64,000 nt of DNA from Myxococcota bacterium (lineage in GTDB: Bacteria; Myxococcota_A; UBA9160; SZUA-336). The notes below the pieces were generated by a model that was not told the DNA's origin, did no database searches, and worked only from the letters and a program-made list of their open reading frames with translations. Positions within the stretch are counted from its first letter, which is position 1, and every line of letters begins with the position of its first letter. The position numbers were made by a program, and so were the translations under genes. Location: NCBI GenBank assembly GCA_035498875.1, contig DATJZP010000067.1, forward strand, positions 80,107 through 144,106. The letters are read 5' to 3'. This document shows, one piece after another, positions 48,939 to 58,332 of the stretch.

Positions 48939-49732
48939 GCGCGGCGGACGCTTCGGCGAAGTATCTCGCGCTCGCGGGCTCGGGGCTGCGGCGGGGGCTG
49001 TCCGAGCGCTCGATTCTCGTGGGCCGGGCCGTGTTCCTGGGCGTGATCCTGTTCACGTTCTCGCGCATCTGGTCGCTGATCGGCGCGCGCGACTCGCTGC
49101 CCGGCGTGGGCACGCGCGAGCTGATCTGGTATCTCGCGCTGACCGAGTGGGTGGTGCTGGGCACGCCGCCGATGTTCCTGGCGATCGAGCGCGACGTGCG
49201 CTCGGGCGACTTCGCCTGCCGGCTGGTGCGCCCGGTGAGCTACGTGGGCGCGCAGGTCGCCGAAGCCATCGGTGAGTCGGCGCTGCGCATGGCGGCGCTG
49301 GCGCCGGCCGGTGTGGCCGGCGCGCTGCTCCTGGGCGGCGGCCTGCCGGCCGACCCGCGCGGGCTGTGGCTCGCCGTGCCGCTGGCGCTGCTGGGCTCGC
49401 TCATCGCCACGCTGTCGATGACCGTGGTGGGTCTCTCGGCGTTCTGGGTGGTCGACACCAACCCGTGTTTCCTGGTCTGGCAGAAGCTCGTGTTCATCCT
49501 GGGCGGACTGTTGTTTCCGCTCGAGATCTATCCCGAGTGGCTGCAGCGCATCGCGCACGCGACGCCGTTCCCGCTGATCTGCTGGGCGCCGGGCCGCATG
49601 GCGCTGGGCTGGGATCCCGCGCTCGCGCTGGAGTCGGGGCTCGAGGGGCTGGTCTGGCTGGCTCTCTTGTCGGGGCTGATCGTGCTCGTGTCGCGCCGCG
49701 CGCGCGCGCGGCTCACCGTGGCGGGAGGCTAG
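48935..49732 (+). CDS. ABC-2-family transporter permease (DUF990-like)
   Basis: 6-TM; GTG start overlapping the ATPase stop. Confidence 0.65.
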   Translation: MSAADASAKYLALAGSGLRRGLSERSILVGRAVFLGVILFTFSRIWSLIGARDSLPGVGTRELIWYLALTEWVVLGTPPMFLAIERDVRSGDFACRLVRPVSYVGAQVAEAIGESALRMAALAPAGVAGALLLGGGLPADPRGLWLAVPLALLGSLIATLSMTVVGLSAFWVVDTNPCFLVWQKLVFILGGLLFPLEIYPEWLQRIAHATPFPLICWAPGRMALGWDPALALESGLEGLVWLALLSGLIVLVSRRARARLTVAGG

Positions 49733-49734
49733 CG

Positions 49735-50529
49735 ATGCGGATTCGAGCGCTGTTGCGCTTCGCCGGATCACTCACCGCCACGAACCTGCGCGCCAGCCTG
49801 GCGCTGCGCGGCGCGTTCTGGCTGCAGGCGGTCCTGATGGTCGTGAACAACGTCGCGTTCTTCACGATGTGGTGGATCTTGTTCGCGCGCTTCCACGAGA
49901 TCGGGGGCTGGCGGCTCGCCGACCTGATGACGCTGTACGGTGTCGTGGCATCGGGCTACGGCTTCGCGGTGGTGTTCGGCGGCGGCGCGCGCCGCCTCGC
50001 GCGCGCGATCGTCGACGGCGAGCTCGACCCGCGGCTCACCCAGCCCAAGCCGGTGCTGCTGCACGCCGTGGCTTCGAGCAGCATCGCCTCTGGCTGGGGA
50101 GACGTCGCCACCGGCGTGGGCATGCTCTATCTCGCGGGCCGGCTCGATCTGGCGAACGCGCCGCTGCTGGGGCTGGCGATCGCCGTCAGCGCGCTGAGCT
50201 TCGTGGCGGTCACGGTGACCTTCCAGTGCCTGGCGTTCTGGATGGGCGACGTGGAGCAGCTTGCGCGCCAGCTCTGGGAGCTCACGCTGAACTTCGCGCT
50301 CTATCCGCAGCCGCTGTTCGCGGGGAGTCTCTCGTTCGTGCTCTACACGCTGATCCCGGCCGGCTTCGTGGGCTTCCTGCCGGTCGAAGTCGTGCGCAAC
50401 CCCAGCCTGCACGCGTGTCTCTACGCGCTGGGGGGCGCCGTGCTGTCCTGGGCGATCGCGGTCTCGGTGTTCGCGGCCGGGCTGCGCCGCTACGAGTCGG
50501 GCAACCGCTTCGGCGCGATCGGCAGCTGA
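49735..50529 (+). CDS. ABC-2-family transporter permease (second, paralogous)
   Basis: 6-TM; GGAGG RBS. Confidence 0.65.
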   Translation: MRIRALLRFAGSLTATNLRASLALRGAFWLQAVLMVVNNVAFFTMWWILFARFHEIGGWRLADLMTLYGVVASGYGFAVVFGGGARRLARAIVDGELDPRLTQPKPVLLHAVASSSIASGWGDVATGVGMLYLAGRLDLANAPLLGLAIAVSALSFVAVTVTFQCLAFWMGDVEQLARQLWELTLNFALYPQPLFAGSLSFVLYTLIPAGFVGFLPVEVVRNPSLHACLYALGGAVLSWAIAVSVFAAGLRRYESGNRFGAIGS

Positions 50530-50530
50530 G

Positions 50531-51610
50531 TCACGCGCCGGAAACCTGCCGGTACACGGCGCGCAGCTTGCGCGCCGACGCGGTCCACGACATGGCCTGC
50601 GCCCGCGCCAGGCCGCGCGCGCGCAGCTCGGCGGCGAGCGCCGAGTCATGGGTGACTCGCAGGAGCGCGTGCGCGAGCTCCTCGGGCTGGCGCGCGTCGA
50701 CCAAGAGCGCCGCGTCGCCCGCGGCCTCGGGCAGCGAGGCGGCGCGCGAGCACACCAGTGGCGTGCCGCAGGCCATCGCCTCGAGCACGGTCAGCCCGAA
50801 GCCCTCGTACAGGCTCGGCACGGCGCAGGCGCGCGCGGCGCCCAGCAGCGCCACGAGCTCGTCCTCGGGCAGGCCGGCGAGCCGCGTGGTGCGCGCGCGC
50901 AGGCCGTGCCGGTCGAGCGACTCCTCGAGCTCGCGCTCGCCGTCGCTGCCGCGCCCGACCAGCACCAGCCGCAGCTCGGGCAGGCGCTCGAGCGCGGCCA
51001 CCAGCGCGGGGAAGTTCTTGCGCCGCGAGAGCAGGCCGATCGAGATCACGTAGTCGCCGTAGCGCTCGCGCAGCTTGGCCACGGTCTCCGGCGCGGCGGG
51101 CTGGAAGCGCGCGGTGTCCACGCCCAGGTGCACCGGGTGCACGCGTTCGCGCGGCAGGCCGTACTCCTCGCACACCTCGCCGGCGGTAAACTCACTGTAA
51201 GTCACCACGTGGTCGGCGCGCGCCACCGCGTCGGCGATCTTGCCGCCGCGGCGCTCGTGCCAGTGCTCGCTCACCCACTCGGTGTTTCGCACCGCGTTCA
51301 GGTCGTGGATCGTGACGAGCTTCGGTACGCGCGGGGTCGTCGGCACGAACACGTTCATGGCGTGGAACAGCTTCGCGCCCGCGAGCAAGAGGCCGTTCCA
51401 GGGATCGGCGATCAGCCGCAGGCGCGCGTTCGGAGCCTCGGGCCGCCAGCGCTCGCCCTTGCGCGCACGGGAGAGCCGCGTGCACAGGAGATACTCGGTG
51501 CCCGGGTCGTCGGCGAGCAGCGCGCCGACCACGCCGCGGATCGTACCGCCCACGCCGCCCAGCGGCCCCCGCCCGGCCGCGGAGCTGACCTCGAGCGCGA
51601 GCCGAGTCAT
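50531..51610 (-). CDS. family-4 glycosyltransferase
   Basis: EGFGLTVLEAMACGTPLV (GT4 E-x7-E region). Confidence 0.85.
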   Translation of the reverse strand: MTRLALEVSSAAGRGPLGGVGGTIRGVVGALLADDPGTEYLLCTRLSRARKGERWRPEAPNARLRLIADPWNGLLLAGAKLFHAMNVFVPTTPRVPKLVTIHDLNAVRNTEWVSEHWHERRGGKIADAVARADHVVTYSEFTAGEVCEEYGLPRERVHPVHLGVDTARFQPAAPETVAKLRERYGDYVISIGLLSRRKNFPALVAALERLPELRLVLVGRGSDGERELEESLDRHGLRARTTRLAGLPEDELVALLGAARACAVPSLYEGFGLTVLEAMACGTPLVCSRAASLPEAAGDAALLVDARQPEELAHALLRVTHDSALAAELRARGLARAQAMSWTASARKLRAVYRQVSGA

Positions 51611-51626
51611 CGCGCCCCGGCGCCGC

Positions 51627-52391
51627 TCATTCGGCGCCGACGAGCCGCGGCAGGATCTCGCCGATCGGGCCGCGGATCACGGCGTCGGCCAGCTCGTCCA
51701 TCTCGGTCGGATCGCCGTTCACGATCACGATGCGCGCGCCGGCGCGCTTGGCGATCGGCACGACCGCCGCGATCGGATACACCGACAAGGTGCTGCCCAC
51801 CGCCAGCAGCAGGTCGCAGCGGTTCGCCTCGCGATCGGCGCGCTCGAGGTCGTGGGCAACCAGGTTCTGGCCGAACGAGATCGTGGCCGACTTCAAGATC
51901 CCCCCGCAGCTCCGGCAGGGCGGGTCCGACTCACCGGCGCGCACGCGAGCCAGCGCGCGCTCCATCGGCGCGCGCTCGCCGCAGTCCAGACAGGTCACCT
52001 CGCGCACGTTGCCGTGGATCTCGACCAGCTTCCCGGCCGACGTGCCCGCGGCCAGGTGCAGGCCGTCGACGTTCTGGGTGATCACGAGCGACACGCTTCC
52101 CGCTCGCTCGAGCCGTGCGAGCGCGAGGTGGCCGGCGTTCGGCTTCGCGTCCCACATCGGCGACTCGAGCCGGTGCCGCCAGGCGCGCTCGCGCACCTCT
52201 TTGTCGCTCACGTAGTGCGACAGGGTCGCCATCTTCTCGGCGCCGGGGTTCTTGGTCCACAGACCCTGCGGCCCGCGGAAGTCGGGGATGCCTGACTCGG
52301 TCGAGATACCGGCGCCGGTCAACACCACGATGCGTCGGGCCTCGCGCAGCCAGGACGCGACCTCGCGCAGCGCTTCTCGGGTCTGGGACAT
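51627..52391 (-). CDS. cobB: NAD-dependent protein deacylase (sirtuin, CobB/Sir2 family)
   Basis: GAGISTESGIPDFRG and zinc ribbon CLDCG...CRSCGG. Confidence 0.9.
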   Translation of the reverse strand: MSQTREALREVASWLREARRIVVLTGAGISTESGIPDFRGPQGLWTKNPGAEKMATLSHYVSDKEVRERAWRHRLESPMWDAKPNAGHLALARLERAGSVSLVITQNVDGLHLAAGTSAGKLVEIHGNVREVTCLDCGERAPMERALARVRAGESDPPCRSCGGILKSATISFGQNLVAHDLERADREANRCDLLLAVGSTLSVYPIAAVVPIAKRAGARIVIVNGDPTEMDELADAVIRGPIGEILPRLVGAE

Positions 52392-52446
52392 GCGCGAATT
52401 CTCGCACGACTGGCGCGAGCGGTCGTCCGTCTCCTAGGATGCCTGC

Positions 52447-53019
52447 GTGCCCGCACAACCGACCTCGTACCACTCACCGAAGCTCGAAGGACGTCGCATC
52501 GAGGGCAAAGGCGGCCGGACGCTGGTCGCCCGCGAGGCAGTCGAGCCCGACGAGCTGGTGGTCGTGTTCGGAGGCGAGGTGGTCCAGGCCGGCCAGCTCG
52601 CAAATTTGTCACCGGCGAAGCGCCTGCTGACGCTCCAGGTCGAGGAAGGTCTGTATCTCGTCTCGGGTCACGACGGTCCGGCCGACTGGGTGAACCACTC
52701 CTGCGCGCCCAACTGCGGCCTGCGCGGCCAGATCGCGCTGGTGGCGATGCGCCGGCTCGAGCCGGGCGAGGAGATCTGCTTCGACTACGCCATGAGCGAC
52801 GGCACGCCCTACGACGAGTTCCCGTGCGGCTGCGGCGCCCCGACCTGCCGCGGCAAGGTCAGCGGCGACGACTGGACCCGTCCCGAGCTCTGGAAGCGCT
52901 ACCGCGGCTACTTCTCGCCGTACCTGCAGCGGCGCATCGACCAGCTGGCGGGCGGTCGGGACTTGCGATCTCATAAGAGCCGGGGGCGAGCGCGGCAAGG
53001 GCAAGGGAGAACACGGTGA
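52447..53019 (+). CDS. SET-domain protein-lysine methyltransferase (with post-SET Cys cluster)
   Basis: NHSCAPN, EEICFDY and CGCGAPTCRG motifs. Confidence 0.7.
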   Translation: MPAQPTSYHSPKLEGRRIEGKGGRTLVAREAVEPDELVVVFGGEVVQAGQLANLSPAKRLLTLQVEEGLYLVSGHDGPADWVNHSCAPNCGLRGQIALVAMRRLEPGEEICFDYAMSDGTPYDEFPCGCGAPTCRGKVSGDDWTRPELWKRYRGYFSPYLQRRIDQLAGGRDLRSHKSRGRARQGQGRTR

Positions 53020-54155
53020 GCGATGCAGTGCAAGAGTACGAAGGCGCCCTGGACCGAGGGCTCGAGGGCGTAGTCACGTGCACCACCTCGATCAGCACGA
53101 TCGAGGGTACGACGCTCCTCTACCGCGGGTACACGATCGAGGACCTGGCCAAGAACGCCACCTTCGAAGAGGTGGTCTATCTGTTGTGGTACGGCTGGCT
53201 GCCGACCCGACGCGAGCTCGACGAGTTCTCGACCGACCTGCACCACAGCATGGCGCTGCCGCCCGAGGCCTTCGGCTGGTTCCACGGCCTGCCGACGCGC
53301 GTGCACCCGATGGACTTCCTGCACGCGGTGATCGCGGGACTCACGCTGCACGACCCCGACGCCAACCTGGTGAACGCCGCCGCCACGCTGCGCAAGTCGA
53401 CGCGGCTCGCGGCGCGCGTCGGCACGATCGTGGCCGCCTACCAGCGCGTGCGCTCGGGTCAGTGGCCGCTGCAGCCGCTGCCCGAGAAGTCGATCGCCTG
53501 GAACTTCCTCTACATGCTGAAGGGCGAGGAGCCGGACGAGCAGACCGTGCGCCGCTTCGACACGTGTCTCATCCTGCACGCCGACCACGAGCTGAACGCG
53601 TCGGCGTTCTCGGCGCGAGTCACCTCGAGCACGCTCTCGGGCCTCTACTCGAGCGTGATGGCCGCGATCGGCACGCTGAAGGGCCCGCTGCACGGCGGCG
53701 CGAACGAGCAGGTGGCGCGCATGCTGCTCGAGATCAAGTCGCTCGACCGGCTCGAGGGCTGGCTCGACAACACGCTGCGGTCGGGCGAGAAGGTGATGGG
53801 CTTCGGTCACCGCGTCTACAAGGAAGGCGACCCGCGCGCCAAGATCCTGAAGCGCATGAGTCAGGAGATCACGCGCGAGAACGGTCACCCGGAGCTGTAC
53901 GAGATGAGCGCCCGGCTCGAAGAGCTGATGCAGGCCAAGAAGGGACTCATTCCCAACGTCGACTTCTACTCGGCGTCGGTCTACTACAGCATGGGCATCC
54001 CGATCGATCTGTTCACGCCGGTGTTCGCGACCAGCCGCATCTCGGGCTGGTGCGCGCACGTGCTCGAGCAGTACCAGAACAACCGGATCTACCGCCCGCG
54101 CGGCAAGTATGTCGGGCCCACCGGCGAGGTCTACGTCCCGATCGACGAGCGCTAG
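53016..54155 (+). CDS. gltA: citrate synthase (short ~380-aa form; citrate or 2-methylcitrate synthase)
   Basis: GFGHRVYK and catalytic His/Asp context. Confidence 0.9.
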   Translation: MSDAVQEYEGALDRGLEGVVTCTTSISTIEGTTLLYRGYTIEDLAKNATFEEVVYLLWYGWLPTRRELDEFSTDLHHSMALPPEAFGWFHGLPTRVHPMDFLHAVIAGLTLHDPDANLVNAAATLRKSTRLAARVGTIVAAYQRVRSGQWPLQPLPEKSIAWNFLYMLKGEEPDEQTVRRFDTCLILHADHELNASAFSARVTSSTLSGLYSSVMAAIGTLKGPLHGGANEQVARMLLEIKSLDRLEGWLDNTLRSGEKVMGFGHRVYKEGDPRAKILKRMSQEITRENGHPELYEMSARLEELMQAKKGLIPNVDFYSASVYYSMGIPIDLFTPVFATSRISGWCAHVLEQYQNNRIYRPRGKYVGPTGEVYVPIDER

Positions 54156-54180
54156 GGCGCGCTCGCGCTGAATCGGATCG

Positions 54181-54614
54181 ATGGCGAGCCTGCTCCTCGC
54201 GGTCGCATGCGTGCTCGCGGCGACTCGAATCTGCGGCGCGCGGGTGCGCCGGGTCGGACAGCCGCCGCTGCTGGGCGAGCTGACGCTGGTGCGCGAAGAG
54301 ATCATGGCCACGGGCGTCGGAGTGGGTGTGGCCATCCCGCACGCGCAAGTGCCGGGTCTGGCTGCGCCCGTGGCCGCGCTCGGGCTGGCCGAGCCGGCGG
54401 TCGATTTCGGCGCGCCGGACGGGAGCCGGCGCGCGTGGTGGTGCTGGTCGTGACTCCCGCGGGGGACGACCGGGTGCAGCTCGAGCTCCTGGCCGAAGTG
54501 TCCCGGCTCTTTGCAAGCCCGGCCACGCGCCGGCGGGTTGCGCGTGCGCGGAGCTTCGAGGAGCTTACGGGGGCGCTGCGCGAGGCGCCGATCCGCGGCG
54601 AGGAGCATCGATAA
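54181..54614 (+). pseudogene. PTS EIIA(Ntr)-like regulatory domain ORF interrupted by a 1-nt deletion in a G-run at ~54425
   Basis: Frame 1 encodes REEIMATGVGVGVAIPHA...VDFGAPDG. Frame 2 continues PARVVVLVVTPAGDD...LLAEVSRLFASP...SFEELTGAL, which together make a typical EIIA(Ntr) sequence. Confidence 0.5.
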
Positions 54615-54618
54615 CCGG

Positions 54619-55866
54619 ATGGCAGTGCTGATCTGGGCTGGATTCCTGGCGCTGGTCCTCGTGTTCCTGGCGATGGACCTCGGCGTCTTCAACAAGACGC
54701 CGCGCGTGATCAGCACCCGCGAGGCGCTCGCCTGGACGCTGTTCTACGTCTCGCTGTCGCTCGCCTTCAGCGGCGTGGTGTACGCGCTCTTCCAGCACGA
54801 CTGGGGCGGCATCGCCAGCAACGCGCCGGGTCATCTGGACGGCAAGCACGCGGTGGTGCAGTACCTGACCGGCTACGTGGTCGAGTACTCGCTGTCACTC
54901 GACAACGTGGTCGTGATCGCGCTGATCTTCAGCTACTTCCGCGTGCCGCTCGCCTATCAGCACCGGGTCCTGTACTGGGGCGTGCTGGGCGCGCTGGTCT
55001 TTCGCGGCATCATGATCGGCGCGGGCGCCGCGCTGCTCGCGCACTTCAGCTGGATCTCGTACGTGTTCGGCGTGTTCTTGATCGTCTCGGCCGCGCGCAT
55101 GCTGGTGGCCAGCGGCGAGAGCATGTGCCCCGAGGAGAACAAGCTCTACCGGGCGGTGCGCAAGCTGTATCCGATCCACGACGACTTCGTCGAGCACAAG
55201 TTCTTCATCCAGCGCGACGGCCAGAGACTCGCCACCCGGCTGTTCGTGGTGTTGCTCTTCGTGGAGACCTCGGACGTGATGTTCGCGGTCGACTCGATCC
55301 CCGCGATCTTCGCGGTCACGAGTCACCCGTTCCTGGTGTTCAGCTCGAACGTGTTCGCAGTTCTGGGGCTGCGCAGCCTGTACTTCGCGCTGGCGCCCAT
55401 GATCGAGCACTTCCGCTACATGAAGGCGAGCCTCGTGCTCTTGCTCGCGTTCGTGGGCGTGAAGATGATCCTGGCGCACCACATCGAGATTCCGAACAGC
55501 GCTTCGCTGGGCGTGATCCTGGGGATCCTGGGCGTGGGCGCGCTGGCGTCGGTGATCGGCTCGCGCCGTGAGTCGGCCCGGCTCGGCTCGCCGGTCGGCC
55601 CGGCCGAGCTCGAGGCGCTGGCGCGACTCACGCTGCGCGCCGCGCGCCGCATGGTGGTGCTGGTGATCGGGGGGACGGTCCTGCTGGTCGGCGTGGCGAT
55701 GCTCGTGCTGCCTGGCCCCGGGCTGGTGGTCGCGCCCGCGGGCCTCGCGATCCTGGCCACCGAGTTCCTGTGGGCGAAGCGCCTGTTGGCGCGCGTGCGC
55801 GATTCGGCGGCGACCGCGGCCTCGACCGTCTCGGGCACGCTGCGCCGCGGGTCGCATGGGAGATAG
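54619..55866 (+). CDS. TerC-family integral membrane protein fused to a C-terminal PGPGW-type transmembrane domain
   Basis: TerC motifs (SLDNVVVIALIF; second repeat FAVDSIPAIF) plus C-terminal LVLPGPGLVVAPAGLAILATEFLWAKR. Confidence 0.8.
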   Translation: MAVLIWAGFLALVLVFLAMDLGVFNKTPRVISTREALAWTLFYVSLSLAFSGVVYALFQHDWGGIASNAPGHLDGKHAVVQYLTGYVVEYSLSLDNVVVIALIFSYFRVPLAYQHRVLYWGVLGALVFRGIMIGAGAALLAHFSWISYVFGVFLIVSAARMLVASGESMCPEENKLYRAVRKLYPIHDDFVEHKFFIQRDGQRLATRLFVVLLFVETSDVMFAVDSIPAIFAVTSHPFLVFSSNVFAVLGLRSLYFALAPMIEHFRYMKASLVLLLAFVGVKMILAHHIEIPNSASLGVILGILGVGALASVIGSRRESARLGSPVGPAELEALARLTLRAARRMVVLVIGGTVLLVGVAMLVLPGPGLVVAPAGLAILATEFLWAKRLLARVRDSAATAASTVSGTLRRGSHGR

Positions 55867-57907
55867 CCCCGAGAGCGCTCCCGGGTCGCCCCGCTGGCAG
55901 ATCGGCCTGCTCGCGGCGATGGTGCTCTTGCTCGAGCTCTCGTTCATCCGCCAGGTGCCGGCGGAAGTGCGCGCGATCTCGTACTTCACCAACCTGATGT
56001 TCACCGCCGGCTTCTCCGGCATGGGCATCGGCTGCATCCTGGCGCGCCAGAAGTCACTGGCGTTCGCGCTGCCGCTGGGTCTGTGGCTGGTGTTTGCGTT
56101 CATGGTCTTTGGCCGCGGCATCGTGATCCAGCCCGGCGCCACCGCAGTGCACTACTTCCTGCAGTACCCCGACCTGGCGGAGAGCGCGCCCGAGCTGCCG
56201 CTGTTTCCCGCCGCGGCTGCGATCTTCCTGTTCGCGGCGGTGCCGTTCGTGGCGTTGGGCCAGGCGCTGGCGGGGGCCATGGCGGGCCACCCGCGGCTCT
56301 CTGCGTACGGCTGGGACATCGCCGGGAGTCTCTCGGGCACGATCGCGTTCTCGCTGTCGTCGTGGGCGGGGATTCCGCCGTGGATCTGGCCGATTGCGAT
56401 CGGGGTGGCCTGGGCCGCCGCGCTCGAGCGCGTGGTCTGGCGCCGCGCGCTGTTCGCGCTGGCCGGCGTGCCGTTCCTGTGGCTCGCGACCTCGGCGCGT
56501 GACTCGGCCTGGAGCCCCTACTACTACGTGCAGAGCGAGACTGTGCCGGAGGGGCTGCGGGTGTTCGTGAATTCGAGCTTCCACCAGCTGGCGCTCGACT
56601 TCCGCGCCCAGACGCCCGAGGGCAGGGCGCTCTCCAAGTTCATGCTCGGCCGCTTCGGCCGTCCGTATCAGCTCTACCGCGACATGCACGGCGGCCAGAA
56701 CCCGAAGAAGGTGCTGATCCTCGGCGCGGGCACGGGCAACGACGTGTACGTGGCCCGTTCGAACGACGCGGCCGAGATCGTGGCGGTCGAGATCGACCCC
56801 GTGATCCTGCGGCTCGGCCACGAGCGCAACCTGGCGCGGCCCTACGACGACCCGCGCGTCCGCGCGGTGGTCGACGATGCGCGGCACTTCCTGCGCACCA
56901 CCGACGAGCGCTTCGACCTGATCGTGTTCGGCACGCTCGACTCACAGGCGCTGCTCTCGGGCTCGGCCAATCTGCGGCTCGAGAACTACGTCTACACCCG
57001 TGAATCACTCGAGGACGCGCGCCGCATCCTCGCCGACCACGGCGTGGTCACGCTGTACTACTCGATCTTCGAGCCCTGGCTGTACGAGCGTATCTTCTCG
57101 ACCGTGCGCGGCGCATTCGGCGACCAGGCGATGCTGATCAGCGACGGCGAAGTGTTCCTGTTCAACACGGTGATCGTGGCAACGAAGGGCGAGGGCACGT
57201 GGAGCGGCTCGCCGCAGATCCTCGAGCAGTACGGGCACGGCCTGCCCTCGAGCGACGACTGGCCCTTCATCTACCTGGAGCGGCCCACGATCGCGCCGGT
57301 GTATCTCGAGCTGCTGGCCGTCGTCGCGGTGGTGATGGTCGCGGCGTTCGCTCTGTTGCGGCGGCTCCAGCCGGTGCGCGGCTGGTATCTCAACTTCTGG
57401 CTGTTGGGCCTGGGCTTCACGCTGATGGAGTCGAGCGCGATCGTGCGGCTCGCGCTCTTGTTCGGCAGCACCTGGTCGGTGAACGCGCTGGTGTTCACGG
57501 CCTTCCTGCTCACGGTGTTCATTGCGAATTACACCGTTCTGCGTCGCTGGGCGCCGCCGCTCCGCGCCGCGTGGGCGGGGCTGTTCCTCGCGATCGCCGT
57601 GAACTACGCGTTTCCACTGCCGGCGCTGTTCGCGCTGGCAGCGCCGCTGCGCGCGCTGGCGTGCGCGGCGCTGGTGGGGCTTCCCGTGTACTGCGCCTCG
57701 GTGTGTTTCAGCCGACTGTTCGCGGCCGAGCCGAGCGTCGGCTATCCGCTCGGCATCAACCTGATCGGCGCAATGGCGGGCGGGCTGGTCGAGTACGCGT
57801 CGATGGCGCTCGGCATGCGCGCGGTGTGGCTGGTGGCGCTGGGCGTGTACGTGTCGGCGTTCCTCGCCACGCGCTTCCTCGCTCCCGCCGGCGCGCGGAG
57901 CGGCTGA
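55856..57907 (+). CDS. spermidine-synthase-like aminopropyltransferase-fold domain embedded in a polytopic membrane protein
   Basis: Central VLILGAGTGNDV...DLIVFGTLDSQA SAM/Rossmann-like region flanked by ~7 N-terminal and ~6 C-terminal TM helices. Confidence 0.7.
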   Translation: MGDSPESAPGSPRWQIGLLAAMVLLLELSFIRQVPAEVRAISYFTNLMFTAGFSGMGIGCILARQKSLAFALPLGLWLVFAFMVFGRGIVIQPGATAVHYFLQYPDLAESAPELPLFPAAAAIFLFAAVPFVALGQALAGAMAGHPRLSAYGWDIAGSLSGTIAFSLSSWAGIPPWIWPIAIGVAWAAALERVVWRRALFALAGVPFLWLATSARDSAWSPYYYVQSETVPEGLRVFVNSSFHQLALDFRAQTPEGRALSKFMLGRFGRPYQLYRDMHGGQNPKKVLILGAGTGNDVYVARSNDAAEIVAVEIDPVILRLGHERNLARPYDDPRVRAVVDDARHFLRTTDERFDLIVFGTLDSQALLSGSANLRLENYVYTRESLEDARRILADHGVVTLYYSIFEPWLYERIFSTVRGAFGDQAMLISDGEVFLFNTVIVATKGEGTWSGSPQILEQYGHGLPSSDDWPFIYLERPTIAPVYLELLAVVAVVMVAAFALLRRLQPVRGWYLNFWLLGLGFTLMESSAIVRLALLFGSTWSVNALVFTAFLLTVFIANYTVLRRWAPPLRAAWAGLFLAIAVNYAFPLPALFALAAPLRALACAALVGLPVYCASVCFSRLFAAEPSVGYPLGINLIGAMAGGLVEYASMALGMRAVWLVALGVYVSAFLATRFLAPAGARSG

Positions 57908-57910
57908 CGC

Positions 57911-58330
57911 ATGGTACGTGAGCTCGAGATCGCGCCCGCCAAGGCCGGCCTGCACGAAGTCACGGCCGAGATCGAGTCACTCGTGGCCGACTGGGTGCGC
58001 GTGACCGGCAAGCGCGAGGGGCTGTGCACGGTGTTCGTGCGCCACACCTCGGCGAGCCTCCTGATCCAGGAGAACGCCGACCCCGACGTGCGCCGCGATC
58101 TGGACGCGTTCTTCGCGCGGCTGGTTCCCGAAGGCGATCCGCTCTACCGGCACACCACCGAGGGGCCCGACGACATGCCCTCGCACGTGCGCTCGGCGCT
58201 CACCTCGACCTCGCTCTCGATCCCGATCCTCGCCGGACGGCTCACGCTCGGCACCTGGCAGGGCGTGTATCTCTGGGAGCACCGCCGGAAGCCCAGCCGG
58301 CGCGAGCTCGTGGTGCATCTGGCGGAGTGA
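57911..58330 (+). CDS. yjbQ: YjbQ-family (UPF0047) secondary thiamine-phosphate-synthase-like protein
   Basis: 139 aa; GLCTVFVRHTSASL and TWQGVYLWEHR motifs. Confidence 0.85.
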   Translation: MVRELEIAPAKAGLHEVTAEIESLVADWVRVTGKREGLCTVFVRHTSASLLIQENADPDVRRDLDAFFARLVPEGDPLYRHTTEGPDDMPSHVRSALTSTSLSIPILAGRLTLGTWQGVYLWEHRRKPSRRELVVHLAE

Positions 58331-58332
58331 CT

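Noticed and set aside
51627-52391. Sir2 gene considered as a defence-system (Thoeris/DSR-like) SIR2 NADase
   Set aside because: It has the full sirtuin deacylase signature and zinc ribbon, and no associated effector/sensor domains (TIR, SLOG, helicase) are nearby.
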